From the NCBI GenBank assembly GCA_021108375.1, contig JAIORA010000048.1, positions 66,977 through 130,976 of the forward strand: a DNA stretch of 64,000 bases, read 5' to 3'. The translations under genes and the position numbers were made by a program. The notes under the pieces are model-generated. The model was not told the origin of the DNA and did no database searches. It saw only the letters and a program-made list of their open reading frames with translations. Origin of the DNA: Anaerohalosphaeraceae bacterium (lineage in GTDB: Bacteria; Planctomycetota; Phycisphaerae; Sedimentisphaerales; UBA12454). Below, in pieces: positions 50,286 through 60,817 of this stretch (position 1 is its first letter; each line of letters begins with the position of its first letter).

Positions 50286-51179
50286 CTATTCACTGAAATT
50301 ATAAATATCATCACTATTGCCATATACACCATCGTGCCCGGCAGATATAAGCAAATAAGATGTCTGATTGCAAGGTCGGTCTACACCTGTAATCTTCAAA
50401 TTTCTAATTGCATCATAAAACTCTGCTCTATCATAAGCCCCGCCAGTATCTTGATAGTGCAAAACAGCCGGATCTTTAACTGTTCCACAAGCCAGCAAAT
50501 CCTCATTATCAAGGACGTTATAGATAAAGTCCGCCGGGCCATAGGAACCAGCCGTTGCATTACCTGCTGCGGGATAAATTGTCGAACTGGTATTAGCCTT
50601 AAAGTACAATATCGGCGAGCCAGCCTTTAGCACCTTACTGCCAATACTGACCCTTTTAACGCGATAAGCATCAGTAAGAACCGGAGCAGGCCTATTTCCG
50701 TCATAGACGGTTTTTGTATCTGCGTAAAGCTGATACATCTGATAAGCCTCGGTATTTTCTGCGTTCAGGTAAGGCCCTTTCCTGCGGTCAATACTATCGG
50801 CGATCTCTTCGTCAGAGGACTGGTCATCAGCATATATTATATTGTCATTTTCTTCACCTTTAGCATCTCCTACGCTCAGCGGGTCGTATCCCTGATAATC
50901 CCTGCCGATTAAAGCCGCCGCCAAATGCTGAGCACCTACAGTCACGCCATTGTTACCACTGCCTATCGCCGTCGAATCCGGATACTCTTCCATTTCGCTG
51001 TTGAACATATCCAGCGATATGGAAATACTGTGGAACTGAGCCTTTTGCTTTGTGTCGGTGGCTATAATGCGAACCTTTTGCAGAGCTGGCGCGAGCAGGC
51101 CGATAAGAATCGCAATTACACCCATAACCGTTAGAAGTTCTACAATTGTAAATCCAAATTTTCTGTTTTTCATTTTCAT
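50286..51179 (-). CDS. Pilin/pseudopilin, paralog of 49333..50175
   Basis: GFTIVELLTV; TKQKAQ; GPYL; LISAGHDGVYGNSDDIYNF. Confidence 0.88.
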   Translation of the reverse strand: MKMKNRKFGFTIVELLTVMGVIAILIGLLAPALQKVRIIATDTKQKAQFHSISISLDMFNSEMEEYPDSTAIGSGNNGVTVGAQHLAAALIGRDYQGYDPLSVGDAKGEENDNIIYADDQSSDEEIADSIDRRKGPYLNAENTEAYQMYQLYADTKTVYDGNRPAPVLTDAYRVKRVSIGSKVLKAGSPILYFKANTSSTIYPAAGNATAGSYGPADFIYNVLDNEDLLACGTVKDPAVLHYQDTGGAYDRAEFYDAIRNLKITGVDRPCNQTSYLLISAGHDGVYGNSDDIYNFSE

Positions 51180-51228
51180 TTTTTATTGCCTTTCAAAATT
51201 CCAGGTTCTATTTTCTATCTTCTGTCCG

Positions 51229-52476
51229 TTACATTAAGGACGTAATAATCTTTACAATCGGCAGGAATATAGCCAGAACGATTGTTCCGACAATAGCACC
51301 GAGTACGAGAATCATAATCGGCTCAAGCAGACTCATCAGCGAAGCGACCAAAACATCGACATCTTCATCGAAATTGTTAGCGATTTTTATAAGCATTTTG
51401 TCGATATCGCCAGTCTCTTCGCCAACATCAATCATATTCACGATAAGGCCATCAACGGTTTTGCTCTGCTTAAGAGGATTGGCAAAGGTATCGCCCTGCC
51501 GAATCGAGCTGTGTACTTTGCGGAGCATATTCGAATAAACCTCGTTGCCTGCCGTCTCTGCGGTAATGTTAATTGCTTCGAGAATCGGAACACCCGCACT
51601 GATAAGTGTACCCAGCGTTCTTGTCCAGCGGGCAACGGAAGTTTTGTAAACAAGGGTCCCGACTGCGGGCATCTTGAGATTTATCGTATCCAGTACGAGC
51701 CTGCCCGTTGTAAACTGCCTTATCCCTCTTATCATAAATACATACCCAAATGGAACTGCCAGCATCACAGCCCAGCCCCACTGAAAAGCTATCCAGTTAC
51801 TGGCAGCAACCAGCCCTCTTGTAAGGCCGGGCAAATCTCCGCCGGTCATCTCAGCCAGAATGGTACTGAATTTCGGAATAACCACAATCATCAGGCCCAT
51901 AACGATTGCAAAAGCCGCAAAAAGAACAACGACAGGATAAACCATTGCGCCTTTGATTTTAGCTCTAAGACGCTGTGCCTTCTCCATAAAGTCCGCCAGG
52001 CGAGCGAGAATTACATCCAGCACGCCGCCAACTTCGCCGGCAGCAACCATATTAACGAACAGCCTGTTAAATGTTCTGGGATATTTGCCCAGTGCCTCCG
52101 AAAGCGTTGAGCCGCTTTCAATATCATCAGAGACGTAGCCGATAACGCGTTTGAATGTGCCGGGCTTTTGCTGCTCTTCGAGAATACGCAGCGACCGAAG
52201 GATCGGCAAACCTGCATCCTGCAACGTCGAAAGCTGGCGGGCAAACTGTGTCAACAGCTTGATTCTCACCTTGCCTCCAGAGCCTCGACGAGAACGAACA
52301 CGCGTAGCGGTTGCGCCTTTCTTCTGTCGGATGCCGCCTTTAGCCTTGGGGGGCTTGGTCGGATAATAGCCCATATTACGAATCTTGCTCAGGGCCTCTT
52401 CACCGCTTAAGGCCTCTACATTACCTTTTACTTCCTGGCCGTTTGAATCCAGAGCTTCGTATTGAAAAACCGGCAT
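51229..52476 (-). CDS. pilC: PilC/GspF platform protein
   Basis: FARQLSTLQDAGLPI, AGEVGG, AMVYP, VGEETG, LLEP. Confidence 0.95.
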   Translation of the reverse strand: MPVFQYEALDSNGQEVKGNVEALSGEEALSKIRNMGYYPTKPPKAKGGIRQKKGATATRVRSRRGSGGKVRIKLLTQFARQLSTLQDAGLPILRSLRILEEQQKPGTFKRVIGYVSDDIESGSTLSEALGKYPRTFNRLFVNMVAAGEVGGVLDVILARLADFMEKAQRLRAKIKGAMVYPVVVLFAAFAIVMGLMIVVIPKFSTILAEMTGGDLPGLTRGLVAASNWIAFQWGWAVMLAVPFGYVFMIRGIRQFTTGRLVLDTINLKMPAVGTLVYKTSVARWTRTLGTLISAGVPILEAINITAETAGNEVYSNMLRKVHSSIRQGDTFANPLKQSKTVDGLIVNMIDVGEETGDIDKMLIKIANNFDEDVDVLVASLMSLLEPIMILVLGAIVGTIVLAIFLPIVKIITSLM

Positions 52477-52558
52477 CTTATTACCCTTTCAACTACTTCC
52501 TGTATCAATTAGTCTCAGCCCAAAGGCCGAATCCTAAACTCATAACTCATAACTATTT

Positions 52559-54316
52559 CTACTGTTCCTCAGCGATTGTTTCTTTAACCACTTCCTCTAT
52601 CGTTGTGATTCCGTCATATATCGCGTGCAGCCCCTTTTCGCGGAGAAGTCTCATTCCGGTCTTTTTCGCTGCCGACCGAAGCACATTAGTCGAGGCGTGG
52701 TTCATAACCAATTCTCGCATCTCATCGTTAAAACTCATTATCTCATAAATGCCAAGCCTGCCGCGATAACCGGTATTATTGCACTGGTCGCAGCCCTTGC
52801 CGTAATAAAACGACTTGCCCTTAACATCATCGAGGGTAAGGCCTAACTCCATCAACTGCTCTTCGCCAGGCTCGTAAGGCTCTTTGCAATTTGCACATAT
52901 CTTTCTCACTAAACGCTGAGCAACAACACCTTCCACCGTTGCGGTTATAAGGAACGGCTCAAGTCCCAAATCCAAAAGCCTCGCGACAACACTGGGAGCA
53001 TCGTTTGTATGCAGCGTTGTGAAAACCAGATGGCCCGTAAGCGATGCCTGCGCAGCAATCTCAGCGGTTTCAAGGTCTCGAATTTCACCAACTAAGATAA
53101 CATCCGGGTCCTGACGCAAAATCGACCTGAGACACTTGGCAAAGGTCAGCCCAATCTCCGGCTGCATCTGCACCTGGATAAGGCCGTCAATATCATATTC
53201 GACCGGGTCTTCGGTCGTAATCAGCTTCCTGTCAATAGTGTTTAGCTCTTTCAGTGCCGAGTACAGCGTTGTGGTTTTGCCGCTGCCGGTAGGCCCGGTT
53301 ACAATAACGACACCGTTTGGCCTGCGAATAAGCTGGCTAACGATACCGATATCTTCCGCGTCAAGCCCAAGGTTTTCGAGCTTTAAATCGACCTGGCTTC
53401 TGTCAAGAACACGAAGCACAACGCTTTCGCCGAACATTGTCGGCAATATACTCACACGCAAATCAACCTGATGCCCCTGCACCGTCAATGGGATACGACC
53501 ATCCTGCGGCAGACGACGCTCAGCAATATCGAGGTTGGCCATAACTTTGATTCGAGAGCTAAGCGCCACCGAAATATGCCTTGGCGGAGGAACCATCTCG
53601 TACAAAACACCATCTATCCGATAACGCATTTTGAATTCTTCCTCGAAAGGCTCAAAATGAATATCGGATGCCTTATCACGAATCGCCTGAAGCAAAACAA
53701 GATTGAGAAGTTTCCTTACAGGATTGGAATCGGCAAGCTCCTGAAGCTCATCAAGGTCGATACTCTGGTCTCTGCCCTGAAATTCTGAAAGAAAATCATC
53801 CCCTTCAAGCGCGCCGATAAGGTCGTTAATACTCTCGTCGTCTTCCGAATAATATCTTTCAAGCAATTCACTGATATCGCTCGGCATCGCAACCTTGGCA
53901 TTAACAGTAAAGCCCATCAAGGTAGTCAAATCATCGGTTGCCTTAAAATTATCAGGGCTGTCAATAGCAATCGTCATAGTCTTTTTATCTTTGTCATACT
54001 CAATCGGAACTGCGCGATAAGTGGTTGCCATCTGCGATGAAACCTGCTCGATTATCTCTTTTGAAATTTCCGCACCAGCCAAATCCACAAATTCCATCCC
54101 CCTCTGAGCGGCAAGAGCTACCCTGAGCTGCTTTTCGTCTATGAAGCCAAGCTCAACCATTATCTCGCCTATCAGTTTTTTCTCTGCGCTTTTGCCCTGA
54201 ACAGAAAGACACTGATGAACTTTTTCTCTGGTAAGAATCCCCATCTTAATAAGGATTCTTCCGAGATGCCTGCCCCGCAACTGCTCAATCGGAACATTTC
54301 TTTTAGCCATTTTCAA
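52559..54316 (-). CDS. pilB: PilB/GspE assembly ATPase
   Basis: ASDIHFEP, ERRLPQDGR, GPTGSGKTT, LRQDPD, TLHTN, tetra-Cys. Confidence 0.95.
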   Translation of the reverse strand: MKMAKRNVPIEQLRGRHLGRILIKMGILTREKVHQCLSVQGKSAEKKLIGEIMVELGFIDEKQLRVALAAQRGMEFVDLAGAEISKEIIEQVSSQMATTYRAVPIEYDKDKKTMTIAIDSPDNFKATDDLTTLMGFTVNAKVAMPSDISELLERYYSEDDESINDLIGALEGDDFLSEFQGRDQSIDLDELQELADSNPVRKLLNLVLLQAIRDKASDIHFEPFEEEFKMRYRIDGVLYEMVPPPRHISVALSSRIKVMANLDIAERRLPQDGRIPLTVQGHQVDLRVSILPTMFGESVVLRVLDRSQVDLKLENLGLDAEDIGIVSQLIRRPNGVVIVTGPTGSGKTTTLYSALKELNTIDRKLITTEDPVEYDIDGLIQVQMQPEIGLTFAKCLRSILRQDPDVILVGEIRDLETAEIAAQASLTGHLVFTTLHTNDAPSVVARLLDLGLEPFLITATVEGVVAQRLVRKICANCKEPYEPGEEQLMELGLTLDDVKGKSFYYGKGCDQCNNTGYRGRLGIYEIMSFNDEMRELVMNHASTNVLRSAAKKTGMRLLREKGLHAIYDGITTIEEVVKETIAEEQ

Positions 54317-54649
54317 ACTCCATCTCTAAATTAGAAATCATACACCTTGTAACTTAGATTTCTCTCTCTAATATACTATACGCACATAAACTCATATAAA
54401 AAAGGAAATTATGCGTAAGACATCTGGTTTTTGCACTTTCTCAGACAAATTAAGTCCTTAATTGTTCTGTTGATATATACTAAATCGGCAAAATAAGTAT
54501 GCTGCTGAAGGTATTTAAGGACTTAAGGAACAACAACTAAAGGTCTTTGTTGCGAATGACCGGGAAACAATCAAATAACAGGACAAAAAGAAGCGGAATA
54601 TCAACGATTCTCATTTGACTTTCAGAGCATTTTTATAAGACATTGCCAT

Positions 54650-54717
54650 TTAGCCCTGCCTTTCCAAAGGCCGGGTCATTTCGATGTTGAATGTTAAACG
54701 TTCGATTGTTCGATGTT
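54650..54717. repeat. TTAG hairpin plus TTCGATG heptamers
   Basis: ttagccctgcctttccaaaggccgggt; ttcgatgttgaatgttaaacgttcgattgttcgatgtt. Confidence 0.6.
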
Positions 54718-54737
54718 TTCGTTTTTCGTCATTCCCC

Positions 54738-55877
54738 TTACTGGTCCGAATCCCCCAGTACCGGCCCTAAGTTGTCAAGCTGCCTGCGCATATCCTCGTT
54801 TCTTCCTCCCAATTTCTCCTCGGCTTTTTCAAGACACGCAGCCGGCTGTCTTGCCTTGTCGAGCATTTCTTCCAGCGATATCTTGTCAGCGTCATACAAT
54901 TTCCAGAGATGGTCATCAAGTAGCTGCATACCAAGGCTTTTACCCGTCTGAATACTTGATTCTATACGATACGTCTTGTTTTCCCGTATAAGGTTAGCAA
55001 TTGCCGGCGTAACAACCATAAATTCATAGGCCGCCACACGGCCTTTACCGGTTTTAAGCGGACAAAGCGCCTGGCTGAGAACCGCTATCAGATTAGTACT
55101 GAGCTGTACACGAATCTGCTCCTGCTGGTCAACGGGAAAGGCATCTATTATTCGGCTTATCGTCCCCTGGCAACCTGTGGTATGCAGAGTTCCGAAGACA
55201 AGGTGTCCGGTTTCAGCAGCACTTACCGCATTTTCCATTGTCTCAAGGTCGCGAAGCTCACCGACCAAAATTACATCAGGGTCCTGACGCAGCGCCCTTC
55301 TCAAAGCCTCAGCAAATGTCGGCACATCAAGCCCGACTTCCCTCTGATTTATAATGGATTTTTTGTGCTGATGATAATACTCAATAGGCTCTTCAACGGT
55401 AATGATATGCCTATCAAGATTTTCATTGATATAATTAATCATACTGGCCAGCGTAGTGGTCTTGCCGCTGCCGGTAGGGCCGGTAACAAGAAAAAGTCCT
55501 CTCGGTCGCCTGCACAATGCGGCGCAAACTTTCGGCAAACCAATCTTCTGAAACGAAAGCAGTTCAGTGGGTATCAGCCTTAATACCATCGTGATATTAC
55601 TTTTTTGCCGGAAAATTGCTGTACGAAACCTGCCCGCATCACCGAACGCGAAACCAAAGTCCGTTCCGCCGTGCTCCTGCAATTCCTGCTGATTCTTTTC
55701 GGGCGTAATACTCTTCATCAGGCTCGTTGTATCTTCCGGGCCGAGAATTTTAGTCTCAAGCGCCCTCAATCTGCCGTGTATCCTGAGTATCGGCGGCCTG
55801 CCAACGGTCAAATGAAGGTCCGAACCGCCCATCTTGATACAAGCCTCTAACAGTCTGTCAATATGTACCGTAGCCAT
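54738..55877 (-). CDS. pilT: PilT retraction ATPase
   Basis: GSDLHL, GPTGSGKTTTLA, INQREVG, ALRQDPD, AAETGHLVFGTLHT, IANLIRE. Confidence 0.96.
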   Translation of the reverse strand: MATVHIDRLLEACIKMGGSDLHLTVGRPPILRIHGRLRALETKILGPEDTTSLMKSITPEKNQQELQEHGGTDFGFAFGDAGRFRTAIFRQKSNITMVLRLIPTELLSFQKIGLPKVCAALCRRPRGLFLVTGPTGSGKTTTLASMINYINENLDRHIITVEEPIEYYHQHKKSIINQREVGLDVPTFAEALRRALRQDPDVILVGELRDLETMENAVSAAETGHLVFGTLHTTGCQGTISRIIDAFPVDQQEQIRVQLSTNLIAVLSQALCPLKTGKGRVAAYEFMVVTPAIANLIRENKTYRIESSIQTGKSLGMQLLDDHLWKLYDADKISLEEMLDKARQPAACLEKAEEKLGGRNEDMRRQLDNLGPVLGDSDQ

Positions 55878-55912
55878 CTGCGTTTTCCATTAACTATAAT
55901 AACAATTTTAAA

Positions 55913-56372
55913 TTAACCGCCTTCGACGGGTTTTCTGCCTCCACATTTCCTATCTCACCCGCACCGCCATTAGCCCGTAGGTCTTGCCCTGCGGGTTGTT
56001 GCATATTTCCTATCTCGCTCGCATCGCCGTTTAGCCCCGGTATCACTATGCCGGGGTTGCTTTTCATTTAGCCCTGCCATTACTACGGCAGGGTTTCTTC
56101 GCAAGGGTTACCGCATTCCCACCGACCTTGTCATTGCGAGGCCGATAGGCCGGGCAATCTCAACCCGCACACACATAACCCCTTCGGGGTTAAATATAAT
56201 AGCCCCGTGTGAGCGAAGCGAAACTCGGGGTAAAAGAAACATTCCTAAACCCACCAACCCCATAGGGGTTGAATAACCATATTTTTGTCATACCCGCGAA
56301 AGCGGGTATCTATTTTTTATACTTTTTTAAATCAGTGCAATCTGCGTAATCAGTGTTTAAATAATCCGTATC
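55913..56372. repeat. Largest intergenic repeat mosaic
   Basis: TTAG hairpins at 55970, 56031 and 56068; GTCATTGCGAG..GCAATC; AACCCC..GGGGTT pair; GTCATACCCGCGAAAGCGGGTATC; AATCAGTG-type repeat. Confidence 0.9.
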
Positions 56373-56384
56373 TGAAATTTTCTG

Positions 56385-58097
56385 CTATTCAAGCATAAGT
56401 CCTTCTGCCTGCGAATGCCTTGAAACCTCCTCAGGCGTTGTAATGCCCTTGAAAACTTTATCTCTGCCATCCATCAAAAGCGTTTTCATTCCGCCGGCGA
56501 CAGCAACTTTACGCAACTCCGATGCCGGTGCTCTGGCAAAAGCAAGCTCGCGAATTTCATTATTCATCTCAAGTATTTCAAAAATACCCAATCGGCCTTT
56601 ATAGCCGCTGCCTCCGCACTTAGTACAGCCGGCACCTTTATAAAGCGGATACTTTCTTATATCATCCGGATTTATATTAAGCAGCCTCAGATAATGCGGG
56701 TCGGGGTGTTCGTCAAGCACTTTGCACGCCGGGCATATTTTCCTTATAAGTCGCTGCGCAAGAATCGCCTGAATGGAACTTGCCACAAGAAACGGCTTTA
56801 CGCCCATATCAATTAAACGTGTAATAGCACTTGGTGCGTCGTTGGTGTGAAGAGTGCTAAAAACCAAATGGCCTGTAAGAGCCGCCTGAATAGCAATATC
56901 GGCAACCTGCGAATCTCGAATTTCACCAACGAGTATAATATTCGGAGCCTGACGCAGCATAGAACGCAGGATTTTTTCGAAGGACAACCCGATGTCGTGC
57001 CTGACCTGGCACTGGTTTATGCCGGTAACATTATACTCAACAGGGTCTTCTGCTGTAATAATTTTCTTGTCCGGCTGGTTCAACTCCTTAAGAGCCGAGT
57101 AAAGCGTCGTACTTTTACCACTACCCGTCGGGCCGGTAACGAGAAAAATGCCGTTAGGCCTTTTAATTATCTTCAAAAACTTCTGGTGGTCTTCGTCGCC
57201 CAATCCGAGTGCCTGAATGCCGATATTAATTGATTCGGGTTCAAGAATACGAAGCACGATACTTTCGCCGTGATAGCCCGGCAGTGCCGAAACTCGAAAA
57301 TCTATTTTGCTTTTATCGATTTCACGCTGAATTCTGCCATCCTGCGGCAGTCTGCGCTCGGATATATCCATACCCGACATAATTTTGAGCCTGGCCATTA
57401 CAGATGCCTGCATATTCTTAGGAATGCTGTCCCTTTGAGAACAAACGCCGTCAACACGATAACGAATCCGGATTCGGTCGGACATCGGCTCGATATGAAT
57501 ATCACTGGCCCCAATGTGGACAGCTTCGTCTATCATAAGGTTCACCAGCCTGATAATCGGGCCTTCGTCATCCTCGCTGGCAGATTCGGCCTTGCGAATT
57601 TCAGCTTCTAAGGAATGACCTTCTTCTTCAAGCTCAGCCGCGGTGGCATCGATACTGCTTCGCACATCATCGAGATTGCGGTCGATGAAGGCACGGATTT
57701 TCGTCTTACTCCCAACGCTGCAATCAATTTCGCTGTTAAGCCGAAACCGCAGAACATCAAGCATATCCAAATCCAGAGGTTCGTTGGTCAAAAGCTGTAT
57801 TCTGCCATTTTTCTCACCGAGCGGAACAACACAGTACTTTTGAATAACATCTTCCGGCACAAGAGCCATCGTACTCTTGGAAATCGGGTGTTTATCGAGG
57901 TTAACATAGGGCATACCCAACTGGTGAGCAAGAGCCTTACAGATATTATCTTCAGAAACCAGACCAAGCTCCACGAGAGTCTCGCCGAGCCTTCTGTGGC
58001 TTTCTTGGGCAGTTTTCAGCGTCTCGATGAGCGATTGCTTATCGATAAGTCCGCTTTTATACAGTATTTCGCCTAATTTTCGTCGTTTTTTTGACAT
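56385..58097 (-). CDS. Second PilB/GspE ATPase with MshEN-like N-terminus
   Basis: RKLGEILYKSGLI..RRLGETLVELGLV; GPTGSGKST; LRQAPN; TLHTNDA. Confidence 0.93.
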   Translation of the reverse strand: MSKKRRKLGEILYKSGLIDKQSLIETLKTAQESHRRLGETLVELGLVSEDNICKALAHQLGMPYVNLDKHPISKSTMALVPEDVIQKYCVVPLGEKNGRIQLLTNEPLDLDMLDVLRFRLNSEIDCSVGSKTKIRAFIDRNLDDVRSSIDATAAELEEEGHSLEAEIRKAESASEDDEGPIIRLVNLMIDEAVHIGASDIHIEPMSDRIRIRYRVDGVCSQRDSIPKNMQASVMARLKIMSGMDISERRLPQDGRIQREIDKSKIDFRVSALPGYHGESIVLRILEPESINIGIQALGLGDEDHQKFLKIIKRPNGIFLVTGPTGSGKSTTLYSALKELNQPDKKIITAEDPVEYNVTGINQCQVRHDIGLSFEKILRSMLRQAPNIILVGEIRDSQVADIAIQAALTGHLVFSTLHTNDAPSAITRLIDMGVKPFLVASSIQAILAQRLIRKICPACKVLDEHPDPHYLRLLNINPDDIRKYPLYKGAGCTKCGGSGYKGRLGIFEILEMNNEIRELAFARAPASELRKVAVAGGMKTLLMDGRDKVFKGITTPEEVSRHSQAEGLMLE

Positions 58098-58226
58098 AAC
58101 TCCCTAAACTATCTAAATTAACACTGAGCATTATAGCAATATCGGCTAAAATATCAAACTGCCCAAGCGCAATTTTAACAAAATAATTGCAATTTAGCCA
58201 GTTATAGTACGAGTGAAATCGCACTC

Positions 58227-59480
58227 TCAGCCTGATGAAGCACTCAAACGCAATCTTAGTAAGTTAAGCGAAGTTTGTGCGGTTCTGGTCCGAATAAAAT
58301 CGCGATTATTTCTACGAAAATTGAATTCCTTTGTTTCGGTACCATTTTTCGAAGCGATGGATATATACACGAGTCCCACCGGTTTTTGCTCGTTCCCACC
58401 GCCTGGCCCGGCAATTCCGGTAACAGCTATCGCCCAATCGGCACCTGATACAGCCCTTGCCCCATCTGCCATAGTCGAGGCAACTTCGGCGCTGACCGCT
58501 CCATATTTTTCTATTATCTCTTTATTCACCTTGAGTTGAGTAATCTTGGCTTCGTCAGCATATGTTACCCAGCCGTAATTAAAAAACCTGCTCGCTCCCG
58601 AAACATCCGTAATCATTTTCGCGATAAGTCCGCCGCTGCACGACTCCGCAATCGCCAGCGTCTGATTGGTACTGATAAGTTTTTCCGCCACAACGTCAGC
58701 AAGATTTTGCTCGCCGGTGCCAAAGGCAAGCTCGCCGAGAATTTCGATAAGTTTTTCTTCGTCCCGCCCCGCCATTTCCACTGCCTTTTCTCTGGATTTG
58801 CCCTTCGAGACGATATGCAGCGTTATTACTCCCGCATCAACGGTGCAATTTATCAGCGGGTTCCTGTTTCGCTCCATCAGGTCGCCGAGCATCTCAGCAA
58901 CAGTCGATTCACCAATACCAGTACATCGGATTTTTTTTATCACAATATATTCATCAGAGGATATTTTTTTTATCTCACCTGAGACCGTTTCCGAAAACAT
59001 CCTCTTCATTTCGGAAGGAACGCCCGGCATAGCAGCAAGAATCTTTTTACCATCTTCGTAAAGAATCCCCGGCGCAGTACCCAGCCCGTTATCTATTGGC
59101 AAGGCCTTTTTCGGCAGAAGTGCCTGGACAACATTCTTTCGCGGCATCGCGTAGCCCAATAGCTCAAAATACCGCTCCATCTTCGCAACTATTTCTTCGC
59201 GCAAAACGAGTTCACAATTTAGAAATGCGGCGATTGCGTTGCGGGTTATATCGTCGTCGGTCGGGCCAAGTCCGCCAGTGAGCAGAATAATGTCCGCCTC
59301 TGCCGATGCTTTGACGAGCCTGTCGGCTATCAGTTCGACATCATCACCAACTATATAGACACTCTCGGCAGCTATGCCCATTGAGACAAGCTCGCCGCAC
59401 AACCATGCCGAATTGCTATCAACCGTCTGGCCGTTAAGAAGTTCATTGCCGATACTGATTATTGACGCTTTCTTTGCCAT
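58227..59480 (-). CDS. cinA: CinA (competence/damage-inducible; NMN deamidase domain)
   Basis: IGNELLNG, TGGLGPTDDD, PGVPSEM, AESCSGG, GAVS, TGIAGPGG. Confidence 0.95.
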   Translation of the reverse strand: MAKKASIISIGNELLNGQTVDSNSAWLCGELVSMGIAAESVYIVGDDVELIADRLVKASAEADIILLTGGLGPTDDDITRNAIAAFLNCELVLREEIVAKMERYFELLGYAMPRKNVVQALLPKKALPIDNGLGTAPGILYEDGKKILAAMPGVPSEMKRMFSETVSGEIKKISSDEYIVIKKIRCTGIGESTVAEMLGDLMERNRNPLINCTVDAGVITLHIVSKGKSREKAVEMAGRDEEKLIEILGELAFGTGEQNLADVVAEKLISTNQTLAIAESCSGGLIAKMITDVSGASRFFNYGWVTYADEAKITQLKVNKEIIEKYGAVSAEVASTMADGARAVSGADWAIAVTGIAGPGGGNEQKPVGLVYISIASKNGTETKEFNFRRNNRDFIRTRTAQTSLNLLRLRLSASSG

Positions 59481-59502
59481 CTATTCTATCCACATCGCCA
59501 CA

Positions 59503-59748
59503 GTAGCCGAGCGACGGAAGTCGCCGGACAATCTTTTCTTTAGCCCCTGGATCTTGCCCCAGGGGTATCCACATACTGATTACCACGTCCGCACAAGACT
59601 TTTGTCATACCCGCGAAAGCGGGTATCCACTTTTCATAAAACGGGTCTTGGCCACAAGACCGATTCGATATTCTATCTACGGCCTACTGTATTCTATCTT
59701 CTTAAAATAAATCAGCGTAATCAGTGTTTAAATAATCCGTAGCTAATT
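59503..59748. repeat. Intergenic repeat mosaic
   Basis: GTAGCCGAGCGACGGAAGTCGCCGGA; TTAG hairpin 59540-59567; GTCATACCCGCGAAAGCGGGTATCC; heptamers; AATCAGCGTAATCAGTG. Confidence 0.88.
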
Positions 59749-59750
59749 TT

Positions 59751-60812
59751 TTAGACATTAAACCTGAAGTTAATAATGTCGCCATCGGCAACAACGTAGC
59801 TCTTGCCTTCCAGCCGAACCTTGCCTGCCGCCTTAACCGCTTTTTCATCGCCGAGCTGTTTCAAATCATCATAACTCATAGTCTCAGCCCGAATGAAACC
59901 CCTCTTAATATCGCTGTGAATTTTGCCTGCCGCGTCAACCGCCGTCGTCCCTGCCGTTATCGGCCAGGCACGCACCTCGTCAGGCCCGACCGTCAAAAAA
60001 CATATCAGCCCAAGCGCCGAATTACAGCCCTGCACAAATTTGTTCACCGCTGGAACGGCTATACCGAGGTCGCTCATAAATTCTGCCCGACTTTCGGCAT
60101 CGAGTTGGCTAAGCTCGCATTCAAGTTTAGCGGAAAGCGAAACTATCGGCGTATCATCATCGACTGCCCCGGCAAGATCGATTTGCTTGTTCGGCTCATC
60201 TTCAGGCGTATTCAAAACAACAACCATCGGCTGCAGCGTCAAAAAGCCCAGCGACTTGACCATCGCCATTTCATCATCTGAAACAATTGCGCTGCTCAAA
60301 GGCTTTTCCGATTCGATAGCCTCTCGCAACTTAAGCTGAATCGCAAGCTCTGCCTTTTGCTTTGCCTGTTCTTTCGATGGCTTGTTCACCTGTTTTTCAA
60401 GCCGTTCAATCCGCGTTTCAACTAACTCGTAATCCGCCAGCAGAATTTCCGTTCTCAAATCAACAAGGTCTTTTGATGGAGTTGCCGGCGAGCCGTCCAA
60501 ATCGAAAGCTCTGATTACTAACACAAGCAATTCCGCAGTCCGAATCTGCCCCAACAGCCGCCTTGCCGCTGCGCGAGTATGGTCATCGGCAAAAGACATA
60601 CCCGGCAAGTCCAGACAATCTATCGTTGCGTGAACTGTTTTTTTCGGCTTATAAAAATCCGTCAGCCAGTCAATCCTTTCGTCCGGCACAGTCGCCATCG
60701 CCTCTTCAATCTGTACAGACCCAGCCTGTGGCAACGCCTTAGAACTGATAGCTGATATTAACGTACTCTTGCCCGACTGCATCAGGCCCATAACCGCTAC
60801 TTTCATCGACAA
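59751..60812 (-). CDS. ychF: YchF/Obg-family ATPase
   Basis: GLMQSGKST, VPDERI, FLTVGPDEVRAW, AAGKIHSD, GFIRAE, RLEGKSY, FRFNV. Confidence 0.93.
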   Translation of the reverse strand: MSMKVAVMGLMQSGKSTLISAISSKALPQAGSVQIEEAMATVPDERIDWLTDFYKPKKTVHATIDCLDLPGMSFADDHTRAAARRLLGQIRTAELLVLVIRAFDLDGSPATPSKDLVDLRTEILLADYELVETRIERLEKQVNKPSKEQAKQKAELAIQLKLREAIESEKPLSSAIVSDDEMAMVKSLGFLTLQPMVVVLNTPEDEPNKQIDLAGAVDDDTPIVSLSAKLECELSQLDAESRAEFMSDLGIAVPAVNKFVQGCNSALGLICFLTVGPDEVRAWPITAGTTAVDAAGKIHSDIKRGFIRAETMSYDDLKQLGDEKAVKAAGKVRLEGKSYVVADGDIINFRFNV

Positions 60813-60817
60813 TCCTC

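Noticed and set aside
55913-56372. CRISPR array
   Set aside because: No run of identical repeats with unique, even-length spacers, and no cas genes in the window
58097-59480. cinA as proof of a competence pilus
   Set aside because: CinA is a nucleotide-salvage enzyme common in non-competent bacteria, and no comEC or dprA is in the window
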